Shown: piece after piece, positions 40,184 through 50,695 of the stretch | How the letters are laid out: each line of letters starts with the position of its first letter | Numbering within the stretch: position 1 is the stretch's first letter | Origin: Alphaproteobacteria bacterium | GTDB taxonomy: Bacteria > Pseudomonadota > Alphaproteobacteria > Bin95 | Reading direction: 5' to 3' | Length of the DNA: 64,000 nt | Assembly: GCA_964291285.2 (NCBI GenBank) | Contig: OZ219785.1 | Location: 192,001-256,000, forward strand | Made by a program: the position numbers and the translations under genes | Notes under the pieces: model-generated | Databases searched by the model: none | The model's input: only the letters and a program-made list of their open reading frames with translations | What the model was told of the DNA's origin: nothing

Positions 40184-40881
40184 CGGGCTGCTCCGGGATT
40201 GGGATGGGCGTAGAGATTCTTGCGGGCCTCTTCGTCCCACTGGCCGGTGGGCTTGCCGAACTCGCGCCCCACCTCGTAGCCGCGCCGGAGCGCCGGGCGC
40301 TGCTGGAGGCCCTTGTACCAGCGCTTCACATTGGGGAAGCTGTCGAGATCGACCTCCTGGCGCTTGTAGGTGATGACCCAGGGCCAGCACGCCATGTCGG
40401 CGATGGAATAGTCGCCGGCGATGAACTCGCGCCCCTCCAGCCGCCGGTCGAGCACGCCGTAGAGGCGCAGCATCTCGTTGGTGTAGCGCTCGACGGCGTA
40501 GGGCAGCGTTTCCGGTGCGTAGAAGCGGAAATGGCCGGACTGCCCCAGCATCGGTCCGAGTCCGCCCATCTGCCACATCACCCACTCGATCACTTCCATG
40601 CGCCCGCGCAGGTCGGAGGGCAGGAACTTTCCGGTCTTCTCCGCGAGGTAGAGCAGGATCGCCCCGCTCTCGAACACCGAGACCGGCGCGCCGCCGCCCG
40701 GCGGGTCGTGGTCCACGATGGCGGGCATGCGGTTGTTGGGGCTGATCTTCAGGAAGTCCGGCTCGAACTGGCCGCCGCGGCCGATATTCACCGGCACGAT
40801 GCGGTAGTCGAGCTCCATCTCCTCCAGCGCGATGGAGATTTTCCAGCCGTTCGGGGTCGGCCAGTAATAGACGTCGATCAT
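40180..40881 (-). CDS. Glutathione S-transferase (YfcG/Nu-like)
   Basis: TPNGWK, SPNNRMP, FESGAIL, YSIAD. Confidence 0.93.
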   Translation of the reverse strand: MIDVYYWPTPNGWKISIALEEMELDYRIVPVNIGRGGQFEPDFLKISPNNRMPAIVDHDPPGGGAPVSVFESGAILLYLAEKTGKFLPSDLRGRMEVIEWVMWQMGGLGPMLGQSGHFRFYAPETLPYAVERYTNEMLRLYGVLDRRLEGREFIAGDYSIADMACWPWVITYKRQEVDLDSFPNVKRWYKGLQQRPALRRGYEVGREFGKPTGQWDEEARKNLYAHPNPGAAR

Positions 40882-40957
40882 GGCAAGGGCGCTCCGCCAG
40901 CGGTCCGCCACTATAGCGCGAGGCTTCGGCGCCCCGCCATGACGGCAGCGCCCCTGT

Positions 40958-41656
40958 TCAGCGGTCGAGGTCGAGCGCGTAGCCGCCGGAGCGCACGGTG
41001 CGGATCGCGTCCGGCTCGCCTTCGCCGTTCAGCGCCTTGCGCAGCCGGCGGATGTGGACGTCGACCGTGCGCTCCTCGACATAGACGTCCCGTCCCCAGA
41101 CGGCGTCGAGCAGTTGCGTGCGGCTCAGCACCCGCGTCGGCCGTTCCATGAAGGTCCGCAAAAGGCGGTATTCCTTCGGACCGAGATGCACGCCGCGACC
41201 ATCCCGCGAGACGCGGTGCCGGACAAGGTCGATGACGATGCCGCGATATTCGAGCCTCTCCTCCACCAGGGCCGGATGCGCCCGGCGCAGCACCGCCTTG
41301 AGCCGCGCCTCCAGCTCCTTCGGCGAGAACGGCTTGACGATGTAGTCGTCGGCGCCGGTATCAAGGCCGCGCACCCGGTCGGCTTCCTCGCCCCGCGCCG
41401 TCAGCAGGATGATCGGCAGCATCCGCGTCGCCGCCTTCGCGCGCAACTGCCGGCAGACCTCAATTCCAGACTTGTGCGGAAGCATCCAGTCCAGCAGCAC
41501 CGCGTCCGGCCGGTCCTCGGCCACCCGTTCGAGTGCCTCGTCGCCGTCCGCCGCCACCGATACCGAATAGCCGGACGTCTCGAGGTTGTAGCGCAGCAGT
41601 TCGACGATGGGCATTTCGTCCTCGACGACAAGGACGTGCGGCCGTTCTGTGCTCAT
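40958..41656 (-). CDS. phoB: Phosphate regulon response regulator
   Basis: LLDWMLP, GADDY..KPFS, RTVDVHIRRLRK; in the pst operon. Confidence 0.96.
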   Translation of the reverse strand: MSTERPHVLVVEDEMPIVELLRYNLETSGYSVSVAADGDEALERVAEDRPDAVLLDWMLPHKSGIEVCRQLRAKAATRMLPIILLTARGEEADRVRGLDTGADDYIVKPFSPKELEARLKAVLRRAHPALVEERLEYRGIVIDLVRHRVSRDGRGVHLGPKEYRLLRTFMERPTRVLSRTQLLDAVWGRDVYVEERTVDVHIRRLRKALNGEGEPDAIRTVRSGGYALDLDR

Positions 41657-42372
41657 TGGCTGTCCGCCTCCGGAACGAGGGTGTTGGTCGGGTCGTGCGT
41701 CTGGCGCTCCTGCGGCCGGGTGCCGAGCACGGCGTAGCCGATCTGCTCGGCGATATTGGTCGTATGGTCGCCGACCCGTTCCAGGTTCTTCGCCACGAAG
41801 AGCAGATGAGTGCAGGGCCCGATATTGCGCGGGTCCTCCATCATGTAGGTCAGCAATTCGCGGAACAGGCTCGCATAGTGCTGGTCCACCTCGGCATCGC
41901 GGGCGCATACGTCGGCGGCGGCCTCGGCATCGCGCGCGGTCCAGGCGTCCAGCACCTGCTTGATCATCGTCTGCACGACCTGCGCCATGGAAGCGATGGA
42001 GACTGTTGTGGGCAATGGCGGGAAGCGGCTGACCGCGAGCGTACGTCCGGCAATGTTCTTGGCCAAGTCCCCGATCCGCTCGAGGTCGGACGAGATCTTG
42101 ATGGCGGCGAAGATGGTTCTGAGATCGGCTGCGACCGGCTGGCGCAATGCCACAAGGCGCACGCTGAAAAGGTCGATCTCGATGTCGAGCGCGTCGATCT
42201 CCTTGTCGCGGACGACGATCTGTTCCGCGAGTTCGGTATTGCTGCGGCAGAGCGCCTCCACTGCAGCGGCGAGCTGCGCCTCCGCCATGCCGCCCATCTC
42301 GGCCAACCGGTTGTCGAGTTGACGCAACTCCTCGTCGAAGGCCTTCGAGATATGTTCGACGCGGTCGTTCAT
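41653..42372 (-). CDS. phoU: Phosphate signalling protein
   Basis: HI...FDEEL, QPVAADLR, DLERIGD, LERVGDH.TNIAE. Confidence 0.96.
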   Translation of the reverse strand: MNDRVEHISKAFDEELRQLDNRLAEMGGMAEAQLAAAVEALCRSNTELAEQIVVRDKEIDALDIEIDLFSVRLVALRQPVAADLRTIFAAIKISSDLERIGDLAKNIAGRTLAVSRFPPLPTTVSIASMAQVVQTMIKQVLDAWTARDAEAAADVCARDAEVDQHYASLFRELLTYMMEDPRNIGPCTHLLFVAKNLERVGDHTTNIAEQIGYAVLGTRPQERQTHDPTNTLVPEADSQ

Positions 42373-42396
42373 GGGAAGCTTTCTCCTACCCTCCCC

Positions 42397-43170
42397 TCAG
42401 CCGATATGGCCGGATATATAGGATTCCGTACGCGGATCGACAGGCTGGGTGAACACCGTGTCGGTGTCGCCGACCTCGACAAGGTCGCCCAGATGGAAGA
42501 AGGCCGTGCGTTGCGAGACGCGCGCGGCCTGCTGCATCGAATGAGTCACGATAACGATGGTGAAGTTCTGCTTGAGCTCGTCCATCAGCGCCTCGATGCG
42601 TGCCGTGGCGATGGGATCGAGTGCGGAGCAGGGCTCGTCCATCAGGATGACCTCCGGGCGCACGGCGATCGCGCGCGCGATGCACAGGCGCTGCTGCTGC
42701 CCGCCCGAGAGCCCGGTCGCGGGCTCACTGAGACGGTCCTTTACCTCGTCCCAGAGCCCGGCGCGCTCGAGGCTGGATGCGACGACCTCGTCCAATTCGG
42801 CGCGGGAGCGCGTCAGCCCGTGGATCTTCGGCCCGTAGGCGACATTGTCGTAGATCGATTTCGGGAACGGATTGGGCTTCTGAAACACCATGCCTATCCG
42901 GGCGCGGAGATAGACGAGGTCCACCGCGGAGTCGTAGATATCCTCGCCGTCGAGGCGAATATCCCCGTCCACCCGGCAGATCTCGATCAGGTCGTTCATG
43001 CGGTTGAGGCAGCGCAGGAAGGTGGACTTGCCGCACCCGGACGGCCCGATCAGGGCCGTGACTTCGTGCTCACGAATGTCGAGATCGACCTGCTTCAGCG
43101 CGTGCGCGTCGCCGTAGAAGACATTGACGCCTCGCGCCGTCAGCTTGGGCATGGCATCGCTTGGGGACAT
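42397..43170 (-). CDS. pstB: Phosphate ABC ATPase
   Basis: [32 protein letters not shown]. Confidence 0.97.
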   Translation of the reverse strand: MSPSDAMPKLTARGVNVFYGDAHALKQVDLDIREHEVTALIGPSGCGKSTFLRCLNRMNDLIEICRVDGDIRLDGEDIYDSAVDLVYLRARIGMVFQKPNPFPKSIYDNVAYGPKIHGLTRSRAELDEVVASSLERAGLWDEVKDRLSEPATGLSGGQQQRLCIARAIAVRPEVILMDEPCSALDPIATARIEALMDELKQNFTIVIVTHSMQQAARVSQRTAFFHLGDLVEVGDTDTVFTQPVDPRTESYISGHIG

Positions 43171-43190
43171 GTCCAGCAAAGTCGGTCCTC

Positions 43191-44471
43191 CTACCACCGG
43201 CGTTCGAAACGCCGGCGCAGAATGACGGCCGTCAGGTTCATGACGACCAGGAACGCCAGAAGGACAATGATAGCCGCGGCGGTCTTCTCGGCGAAGGCGC
43301 GTTCCGGGCTGTCGGCCCAGATGTAGATCTGCACCGGCAGGGCGGACGCCGGATCGAGCAGACCCTGGGGCACATCCACGATAAAGGCGACCATGCCGAT
43401 CATGATGAGCGGCGCGGACTCGCCGAGCGCCTGGGCCATGCCGATGATCGTGCCGGTCATGATGCCCGGCATGGCCAGCGGCAGCGTGTGGTGGAGCATG
43501 GCCTGCATCCGGCTGGCGCCGAGGCCGATGGCGGCCTCCCGGATCGAGGGCGGCACCGCGCGCAGCGAGGCCCGCGTGGCGATAATGATCGTCGGCAGGG
43601 TCATGAGCGCCAGCACCATGCCGCCGACCAGCGGTGCCGACCTCGTCAACCCCATGAACCCGAGGAAAATTGCAAGGCCCAGCAGTCCGAAGACGATGGA
43701 GGGCACCGCGGCGAGGTTGTTGATGTTGATCTCGATGAGGTCCGTCCACCGGTTGCGCGGCGCAAACTCCTCCAGATAGATCGCCGTCATCACGCCCAGC
43801 GGGAAGCTCAGCACGAGGCAGGTCATGAGCGCGAAGAAGGAGCCGGAGATCGCGCCGAGAATGCCGGCGAGTTCCGGTTCCCGGCTGTCGCCGCTGGAGA
43901 AGAAGCGCCAGTTGAACGTGCTGCGGATGCGGCCCTCCTCGTCCAGCCGGTCGAGCCAGGCCAACTGCTTGTCGTTGAAACGCCCGGATTCTCGGGCGGT
44001 CGCGCCCTTGAGCAGCATGTCCACTTCGTCGTCGGCCGGCACCCAGACGCGCATCGTCTGCCCGATCGCGCCGGGGTCTTCGAGGACCAGTTCGCGCAGT
44101 TCGAAACCGGCGCCCGCGCTCACCAACTCCATGAGCTTGCGCCGGTCCCGTCGCTTGCGCACCGCCTCGGGAAAGATTTCGCCGAGCGCCGCACGGACGA
44201 CGGCACGGTAGTTGGCGGTCGAAAGGGTTTCCGGGTCGCGTGTGCCGGAGGGGTCGAGAATGCTCTCGTCGAGGGTGACGTCAAGCGCGATCTCGGCCTG
44301 CGAGAAGGCGCCGATGCCCTTGGAACCGATCGCGCCGATGAGCAGGACCAGAAAGGCGAGAGCAACGCCGATGGCGGCGATGCCGTAGATGCGGAAACGC
44401 GCCTCGGCCCGCCGCCGCCGCGGCAGCGACGCCAGGATCGTTTCGGTCGGGCTCTGCCGCGGGTCAGTCAT
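43191..44471 (-). CDS. pstA: Phosphate ABC permease
   Basis: [28 protein letters not shown]. Confidence 0.96.
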   Translation of the reverse strand: MTDPRQSPTETILASLPRRRRAEARFRIYGIAAIGVALAFLVLLIGAIGSKGIGAFSQAEIALDVTLDESILDPSGTRDPETLSTANYRAVVRAALGEIFPEAVRKRRDRRKLMELVSAGAGFELRELVLEDPGAIGQTMRVWVPADDEVDMLLKGATARESGRFNDKQLAWLDRLDEEGRIRSTFNWRFFSSGDSREPELAGILGAISGSFFALMTCLVLSFPLGVMTAIYLEEFAPRNRWTDLIEININNLAAVPSIVFGLLGLAIFLGFMGLTRSAPLVGGMVLALMTLPTIIIATRASLRAVPPSIREAAIGLGASRMQAMLHHTLPLAMPGIMTGTIIGMAQALGESAPLIMIGMVAFIVDVPQGLLDPASALPVQIYIWADSPERAFAEKTAAAIIVLLAFLVVMNLTAVILRRRFERRW

Positions 44472-45468
44472 AGCGTTCCTGGTAGCGGCGCACGAGCATG
44501 AGCGCGATGAGGTTCAGGATCAGCGTCGCGATGAACAGCAGCAGGCCGAGCGCGAAGGCGGCCAGCGTCTTCGGGCTGTCGAATTCCTGATCACCGGTCA
44601 GCAGGGCGACCATCTGCACCGTGATGGTGGTTACGGCCTGAAGCGGATTGACGGTCAGGTGGGCGGAGAGGCCGGCCGCCATGACCACGATCATGGTCTC
44701 CCCGATGGCGCGCGAGACGCCGAGCAGCAGCGCACCGCCGATTCCGGGAAGAGCGGCCGGGAGCACCACGTCTTTGACGGTCTCCGACTTGGTCGCGCCC
44801 AGTCCGTAAGCGCCTTCGCGCAGGGACTGCGGCACGGCCGAGATTACGTCGTCGGCGAGTGAGGAGACGATGGGCACGATCATCACGCCCATCACCATGC
44901 CGGCGGCGAGCGCGCTCTCCGAGGAGACCTCGAAGCCGATGGACTCCGAGGAGTCCCGTACGAAAGGTGCAACGACCAGCACTGCGAAGAAGCCATAGAC
45001 TACAGTCGGGATGCCGGCCAAGATTTCCAGGATCGGCTTTGCGAACGATCGGGCGCGGGGCGTTGCGTATTCCGCGAGATAAATGGCGGAAAGCAACCCT
45101 AGCGGCCCCGCGACCGTCATCGCCACGGCGGCGATGAGCCCGGTGCCGACCAGCAGCGGGATCACGCCGAACGCGCCGCTCGACCCGACCTGGTCCTCGC
45201 GTATGGCGATCTGCGGGCTCCAGTTCAGCCCGAACAGGAAGTCGAACAGCGGAACCGCTTCGAGGAACCGGATGGTCTCGAAAAGAAGCGAGAGCACGAT
45301 CCCGACGGTGGTGAGGATCGCGACAAGCGAACTGGCGATGAGGAGCCCGAGCAGGATGCGCTCGCCCAGCACCTGGCGGGCGCGCCGTCCTTCCGGCGCC
45401 GCCAGCAGCGAAGAGCGCGGCGCGCTCTCCACCGTTGCGACTGCCTGCGCCATGCCGGGCTCCACCAA
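44464..45468 (-). CDS. pstC: Phosphate ABC permease
   Basis: LAGIPTVVYG, SRAIGETMIV. Confidence 0.96.
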   Translation of the reverse strand: MVEPGMAQAVATVESAPRSSLLAAPEGRRARQVLGERILLGLLIASSLVAILTTVGIVLSLLFETIRFLEAVPLFDFLFGLNWSPQIAIREDQVGSSGAFGVIPLLVGTGLIAAVAMTVAGPLGLLSAIYLAEYATPRARSFAKPILEILAGIPTVVYGFFAVLVVAPFVRDSSESIGFEVSSESALAAGMVMGVMIVPIVSSLADDVISAVPQSLREGAYGLGATKSETVKDVVLPAALPGIGGALLLGVSRAIGETMIVVMAAGLSAHLTVNPLQAVTTITVQMVALLTGDQEFDSPKTLAAFALGLLLFIATLILNLIALMLVRRYQERYD

Positions 45469-45477
45469 CGCCCGGCC

Positions 45478-46524
45478 TTACATCGACAGGTTCTGAAGAC
45501 CGTTGGCCGCCGCGCTCCATTCCTTGCGCTCGGCGTCGGACATCGGGATCAGGCCCTTGTCGGCCAGATAGCCCTCGGGGCCCCAGGTCGCCTCGTTCGT
45601 GAACTCGGCGATGAACTCGGCGATGCCGGGCACCTGGCCGACATGCGCCTTCTTCACATAGAAGAACAGCGCGCGCGAGACAGGGTAGTTGCCGTCGGCG
45701 ATCTCTTCGAATTCCGGTGCCACGCCATTGACGGTGCTGCCCTGCAGCTTGTCGGCGTTCTGGTCGAGGAAGCTGAAGCCGAAGATGCCGAGCGCGCGCG
45801 GATTGGTCGTCAGCTTCTGCACGATCAGATTGTCGTTCTCGCCGGCCTCGATATAGGCACCGTCCTCGCGGATTGTGTGGCAGAGCTTCTTGTAGGCCTT
45901 CTTGTCCGCCTTCTTCATGGCCTTGATCCCGGCGAACTTCTTGCAGCCGCCTTCCATGGCAAGCTCGACGAAGGCGTCGCGCGTGCCGGAGGTCGCGGGC
46001 GGGCCGAGCACCTCGATGCGCACATCGGGCAGGGCCGGATTGACGTCCTTCCAGGTCTCGTAGGGGTTCGCCTTCAGCTCGCAGGCGTCCGCCTTCTCGC
46101 AAGCGCCGGCCGGCACGTCGTGCGCGAGCGCGAGGAAGACATCCTTGAGGGTCAGTGACATCTGCTTGGTGTCGCGGGAGTTCGCGAGCACGATGCCGTC
46201 ATAGCCGACCTTGACCTCGATCACGTCCGCAATGCCGTTTTCCGCGCACTTCTTCACTTCCTTGGTCTTGATGCGGCGCGAGGCGTTGGTGATGTCGGGA
46301 TGGCCTTCGCCGATCCCCGTGCAGAACAGCTTGAGCCCGCCGCCCGAGCCGGTCGACTCGACGATCGGGGTCTTGAAGGAGGTCGTCTTGCCGAACCGCT
46401 CGGCCACCGCCGTCGAGAACGGGAACACGGTCGAGGATCCGACGATGCGGATCTGGTCGCGGGCCTCTGCAGCGCCCGCAACCGCCACGCCGGCGAGCAG
46501 CCCGGCGATCAGCGTCTTTTTCAT
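45478..46524 (-). CDS. pstS: Phosphate-binding protein
   Basis: Signal peptide; GSSTVFP, TGSGGG, SGTRDAF, YPVSR.LF. Confidence 0.96.
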   Translation of the reverse strand: MKKTLIAGLLAGVAVAGAAEARDQIRIVGSSTVFPFSTAVAERFGKTTSFKTPIVESTGSGGGLKLFCTGIGEGHPDITNASRRIKTKEVKKCAENGIADVIEVKVGYDGIVLANSRDTKQMSLTLKDVFLALAHDVPAGACEKADACELKANPYETWKDVNPALPDVRIEVLGPPATSGTRDAFVELAMEGGCKKFAGIKAMKKADKKAYKKLCHTIREDGAYIEAGENDNLIVQKLTTNPRALGIFGFSFLDQNADKLQGSTVNGVAPEFEEIADGNYPVSRALFFYVKKAHVGQVPGIAEFIAEFTNEATWGPEGYLADKGLIPMSDAERKEWSAAANGLQNLSM

Positions 46525-46649
46525 CTGGAAGCGTCCCTTGTTGACATGGTTAGGGCGGCGGTCATGCTTGTGCCCGGCCGCCTGCTGCCACCTTGCTGCG
46601 CGGCAGTGATGCGACCGTTGCAAACTCGTGTCACAGGTACTGCGTTTTC

Positions 46650-46697
46650 ATTACGGTAATGTGACGCCGCTGGCCGCGCCCAACGGAATTATGACAA
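46650..46697 (-). promoter_or_regulatory. Candidate Pho boxes upstream of pstS
   Basis: Minus strand TTGTCAT-AATT-CCGTTGG and GCGTCAC-ATTA-CCGTAAT: 11-bp-spaced CTGTCAT-like heptamers. Confidence 0.55.
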
Positions 46698-46701
46698 AGG
46701 C

Positions 46702-47736
46702 CTAAGGGGCGTTTGCGCCCTCGGCGGACGGCAGATAAACGGTGAAACAGCTTCCCCGGCCGACCGTGCTTGTTGCCGCTATGCGCCCGCGATGCCGGTT
46801 CACGATGTGCTTCACGATGGCGAGGCCGAGCCCGGTGCCGCCGAGTTGCCGGGAGCGGGCCTTGTCCGCGCGGTAGAAGCGCTCCGTCAGCCGCGGCAGG
46901 TCGTCCTCCTCGATTCCGGGACCGGCATCGATCACGGCGATGCGCGCGCCGGGCAGGCCGATATCGGGAATGCGGGAGACCACCGCCGCTTCCAGCCGCA
47001 CGTCGTCGCCGCCATATTTTATCGCATTGTCCAGCAGGTTCTCGAAAACCTGCGTGAGTTCGTCCGGGTCGCCGAGCACGGGCGGCAGCCCGTCCGCGAT
47101 GTCGAGGGCGACCGGCCTGTCCGAGCGCGCCGCCAACGTCTCCGCGACGCCTTTCAGCAGCGGCGCGAGTTCGAGCGCGGTCTCCGGCCGGATGTGCTCG
47201 CGCGCCTCGACGCGCGCCAGCGACAGCAGGTCGTCCACGAGCCGCGACATGCGCGCGGCCTCCGCGTCCATGATCTCGAGGAACCGGGTCCGCGCCTCCG
47301 GGTCGTTCGCCGCCGGCCCGCGCAGGGTTTCGATAAAGCCGATCAGCGTCGCCAGCGGCGAGCGGAGTTCATGACTTACATTGGAGACGAAATCGGCGCG
47401 CATCCGCTCGTTCTGCCGGAGCGCGGTGACATCGCGCATGATGACGAGGACGCCGCCCTGCCCGCCGGGAGCGGCGAGTGCCTGCAAGTCGAAGGCGCGC
47501 GCGATCGGCACCGGCAGGCTGACCTCGACGCCGTGCTGGCCGCCTTCCGTCAGCACGGCATCCACGGCACGGAGCGCATCCGGGTGGCGCAGGCTGTGGC
47601 TGAGGTCCCGGCCGAGGGCGGGATCGCCCAGCACCGCGCGCGCCGCCGGGTTGATGCGCATGACGACCCGCCCGGCGTCCAGCAGCAGGACGGGATCGGG
47701 CAAGGAGTCGAGAATGTCTGTGGCGAGATTGTTCAT
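46702..47736 (-). CDS. phoR: Phosphate sensor histidine kinase (no N-terminal TM segment)
   Basis: PAS; DFVSNVSHELRSPL, NAIKY, D.G.GI, TERFYR, GTGLGL. Confidence 0.9.
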   Translation of the reverse strand: MNNLATDILDSLPDPVLLLDAGRVVMRINPAARAVLGDPALGRDLSHSLRHPDALRAVDAVLTEGGQHGVEVSLPVPIARAFDLQALAAPGGQGGVLVIMRDVTALRQNERMRADFVSNVSHELRSPLATLIGFIETLRGPAANDPEARTRFLEIMDAEAARMSRLVDDLLSLARVEAREHIRPETALELAPLLKGVAETLAARSDRPVALDIADGLPPVLGDPDELTQVFENLLDNAIKYGGDDVRLEAAVVSRIPDIGLPGARIAVIDAGPGIEEDDLPRLTERFYRADKARSRQLGGTGLGLAIVKHIVNRHRGRIAATSTVGRGSCFTVYLPSAEGANAP

Positions 47737-47789
47737 GCGGCCCTAAAGTGCATGAAATATATGACGATTCGATGCGAGGATACCCTGCG

Positions 47790-49376
47790 ATGCGCGATTT
47801 CCACCTTCCGGGCCGGTCTCCCGTCCGCGCAGCCAACGCAATGGTTGCCACCAGCCAGCCTTCCGCGACGCTCGCCGGGGTGGAGGTGCTGCGGGCGGGC
47901 GGCAACGCCGTCGATGCCGCGGTCGCCGCCTGCGCCGTGATGTGCGTGACGGAGCCGCAGTCCACCGGAATCGGCGGGGACTGCTTCTGCCTCTATGCGC
48001 CGGCGGGCGCAGACGCGCCGATTGCGCTCAACGGATCGGGCCATGCGCCGGCGGCGCTGTCGGCGGAGTGGCTGGCGGAGCGCGGCGTGAACGCACTCGA
48101 CGAGTCGAGTCCCCATGCGGTGACCGTGCCGGGCGCCGTCGACGCCTGGGAGCAGCTTCTGGAAGACCATGGCAGCAAGGGCCTCGACGAGCTCCTGCAA
48201 CCGGCGATCCGCTACGCCGAGGAAGGCTTCGTCGTCCACGCCCGCACGGCTGCGGACTGGAGCGATTCCGCGGACCGCCTTGCCGGCGACGCCGACACGG
48301 CGGCGCGCTTCCTGCCGGGCGGCAAAGCCGTCGGGGAAGGCCGCGCATTCCGCCAGCCCGAGCTCACGGCGACGCTGAAGCGGATTGCCCGCGAAGGCCG
48401 GTCGGCGTTCTACGAGGGCGAGGTCGCGGCGGACATGGTGGGCAAGCTGCGCACGCTCGGCGGGCTGCACACGGAAGAGGATTTCGCCGCCCGCAATGCG
48501 GAATATGTCGAGCCGGTCTCGACCGACTACCGCGGCTATACCGTGTACGAATGTCCACCGAACGGCGTCGGCGTCATCGCGTTGCTCATGCTCAACATGC
48601 TGGAGGGCTTCGAGCCGGCCGACGACCCCCTTTCGGTGGACCGCATGCACCGGCTCGTCGAGGCGACGCGGCTCGCCTACCGGGACCGCAACGCCTTTGT
48701 CGCCGACCCGGCCGACGCCGATGTGCCGCTGGATATGCTGCTCTCGAAGGACTATGCAGCGGTACTCGGCGGGACGATCTGCGAAGACCGCGCCGCGCCT
48801 GCCCTGCCGCCTGCCGGCTGGCCCCGGCATGAGGACACGGTCTATCTCTCTGTGGTGGACCGGGACGGCAATGCCTGCTCCTTCATCAACTCGCTGTTCA
48901 AGTCCTTCGGCAGCGCCATCCTGGCGCCGACATCGGGCGTGATGCTGCACAATCGCGGGCTCGGCTTCTCGCTGGAACCCGGCCATCCGAACGCGGTGCG
49001 CCCGAACCGGCGCCCGATGCACACCATCATCCCGGCCATGCTGGCAAAAGACGGCCGCGCGGTCATGCCGTTCGGCGTCATGGGCGGCCACTACCAGCCG
49101 GTCGGCCAGTCCTGGGTTCTGTCCTCGATGCTGGACCACGGCATGGACCCGCAGGCGGCGCTCGACCTGCCGCGCCTCTTTGCCTATGACGGCCGGGTCG
49201 AGGTTGAGCGCGGCATTCCCGAGGCCGCCTGCGCGGAACTCCGCCGCCGGGGCCACGACCTCGCGCCGGCGGGCCGCCCGCACGGCGGCGGCCAGGCGAT
49301 CTGGATCGACCGCGACTCGGGCACGCTGGTGGCGGGCTCCGATCCGCGCAAGGACGGCCTCGCGCTCGGATACTGA
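47790..49376 (+). CDS. ggt: Gamma-glutamyltransferase family protein
   Basis: GGNAVDAAVA, GIGGD.F, DTVYLSVVD (Thr nucleophile), GVMGG, DPRKDG. Confidence 0.92.
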   Translation: MRDFHLPGRSPVRAANAMVATSQPSATLAGVEVLRAGGNAVDAAVAACAVMCVTEPQSTGIGGDCFCLYAPAGADAPIALNGSGHAPAALSAEWLAERGVNALDESSPHAVTVPGAVDAWEQLLEDHGSKGLDELLQPAIRYAEEGFVVHARTAADWSDSADRLAGDADTAARFLPGGKAVGEGRAFRQPELTATLKRIAREGRSAFYEGEVAADMVGKLRTLGGLHTEEDFAARNAEYVEPVSTDYRGYTVYECPPNGVGVIALLMLNMLEGFEPADDPLSVDRMHRLVEATRLAYRDRNAFVADPADADVPLDMLLSKDYAAVLGGTICEDRAAPALPPAGWPRHEDTVYLSVVDRDGNACSFINSLFKSFGSAILAPTSGVMLHNRGLGFSLEPGHPNAVRPNRRPMHTIIPAMLAKDGRAVMPFGVMGGHYQPVGQSWVLSSMLDHGMDPQAALDLPRLFAYDGRVEVERGIPEAACAELRRRGHDLAPAGRPHGGGQAIWIDRDSGTLVAGSDPRKDGLALGY

Positions 49377-49412
49377 GCCGCGCCGGGCACGGCAGGAACG
49401 GGAGGCGGGCCT

Positions 49413-50204
49413 ATGGCCGGACGCCTGAACAGCAAGGTTGTTGTGGTCACGGGAGCGGCCTCGCGCGGCGAGGGCGTCGGCACCGGCAAGGCGATCGCCG
49501 TTCTCTCGGCGCGCGAGGGGGCGAAGGTGGTGCTGGTCAACCGCTCGGCCGAACGCGCCGAGGGGCTGGCGGAGGAAATCCGCGCGGAGGGCGGCGAGGC
49601 GTTCGTGTTCGCGGGCGACGTGACCGAGGAAGCCGACGCGGGCGCGATGGCGGAGGCGGCCGAAGCGCATTTCGGGCGCATCGACGCGCTCGTGAACAAT
49701 GTCGGCGGCTCACGTCAGCAGGGCGCGGTGATGGAGATCGGCCGCGAGGGGTGGGATGCGACGCTCGCCGTCAACCTCACCTCCACCATGCTCTGCTCGC
49801 GGGCCTGCATCCCCGCCATGCAGCGCGCGGGCGGCGGGTCGATCCTGAACATCTCCTCCGTGGTCGGCGCACGCGGCCTGCTGAGCAGCACCGGCTCCGT
49901 CGCCTACGCCTCGGCCAAGGCGGGCCTCCACGGCCTCACCATGTCGCTCGCCACCGACTACGCGAAAGACGCGATCCGCTGCAATTGCATCATCGTCGGC
50001 ACGATCTTCACGCCGATGGTCGCGCACCAGGGCCCGGAAGCACGGGCGCGGCGGGCGGCGATGGTGCCGCTCGGCACGGAGGGCACCGGCTGGGACATCG
50101 GCTGGGCCGCCGTCTATCTCACCAGCGACGAGGCGCGCTGGATCACCGGCGTGCTGCTGCCGGTCGATGCCGGCCTCCTCGCCATCCGCGACTGGCCGCG
50201 ATAG
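49413..50204 (+). CDS. SDR oxidoreductase
   Basis: VVTGA..G.G, NNVG, YASAK. Confidence 0.93.
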   Translation: MAGRLNSKVVVVTGAASRGEGVGTGKAIAVLSAREGAKVVLVNRSAERAEGLAEEIRAEGGEAFVFAGDVTEEADAGAMAEAAEAHFGRIDALVNNVGGSRQQGAVMEIGREGWDATLAVNLTSTMLCSRACIPAMQRAGGGSILNISSVVGARGLLSSTGSVAYASAKAGLHGLTMSLATDYAKDAIRCNCIIVGTIFTPMVAHQGPEARARRAAMVPLGTEGTGWDIGWAAVYLTSDEARWITGVLLPVDAGLLAIRDWPR

Positions 50205-50216
50205 GCGGGGCAGGCG

Positions 50217-50561
50217 TTACTGCGGGTAGAGGCGGAAGGCGACGCGAGCGCCGGACCCTTCCCGGCTGACGGTGAGCGACAGCATCTCGCCCTCCCGGCG
50301 GAACAGACCCTCTCCCGCCGGCTGCCAGCCGAGCTGCGGCAGCGCCTCCGCGTACCAGCTGCGAATGCGCGCTTCCGGCACGGTCCCGGTCGCCGCCGCC
50401 TCGACGATACGCCCGCCGGGCTTGTCGAACGCCACCGCAGAGCCAGGCTCGACCTCCAGCCCCGCCATCAGCGGCAGGGCCTCGAAGCCCGGCACATAGC
50501 GCTCCTCGGCCTGCATGCCCGAAGCGAACAGGCACAGGACGAGGATCAGCGCGAACCTCAT
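50217..50561 (-). CDS. Small exported hypothetical protein
   Basis: Signal peptide; LPLMAGL..FDKPGGRIVEA..WY..LPQLGW. Confidence 0.75.
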   Translation of the reverse strand: MRFALILVLCLFASGMQAEERYVPGFEALPLMAGLEVEPGSAVAFDKPGGRIVEAAATGTVPEARIRSWYAEALPQLGWQPAGEGLFRREGEMLSLTVSREGSGARVAFRLYPQ

Positions 50562-50695
50562 GGCCGACAGTTCCCGGACATCGTCATGGCTGATTCGCCG
50601 CTCCTCCCTCGCACGCCGGCCGTACCCTGCGGCAAAGCCTGCCGCAGGCGGGAAAACGGTATGTCCGGCGGGCGTCCGTTGCAAGCCTTCGCCGC

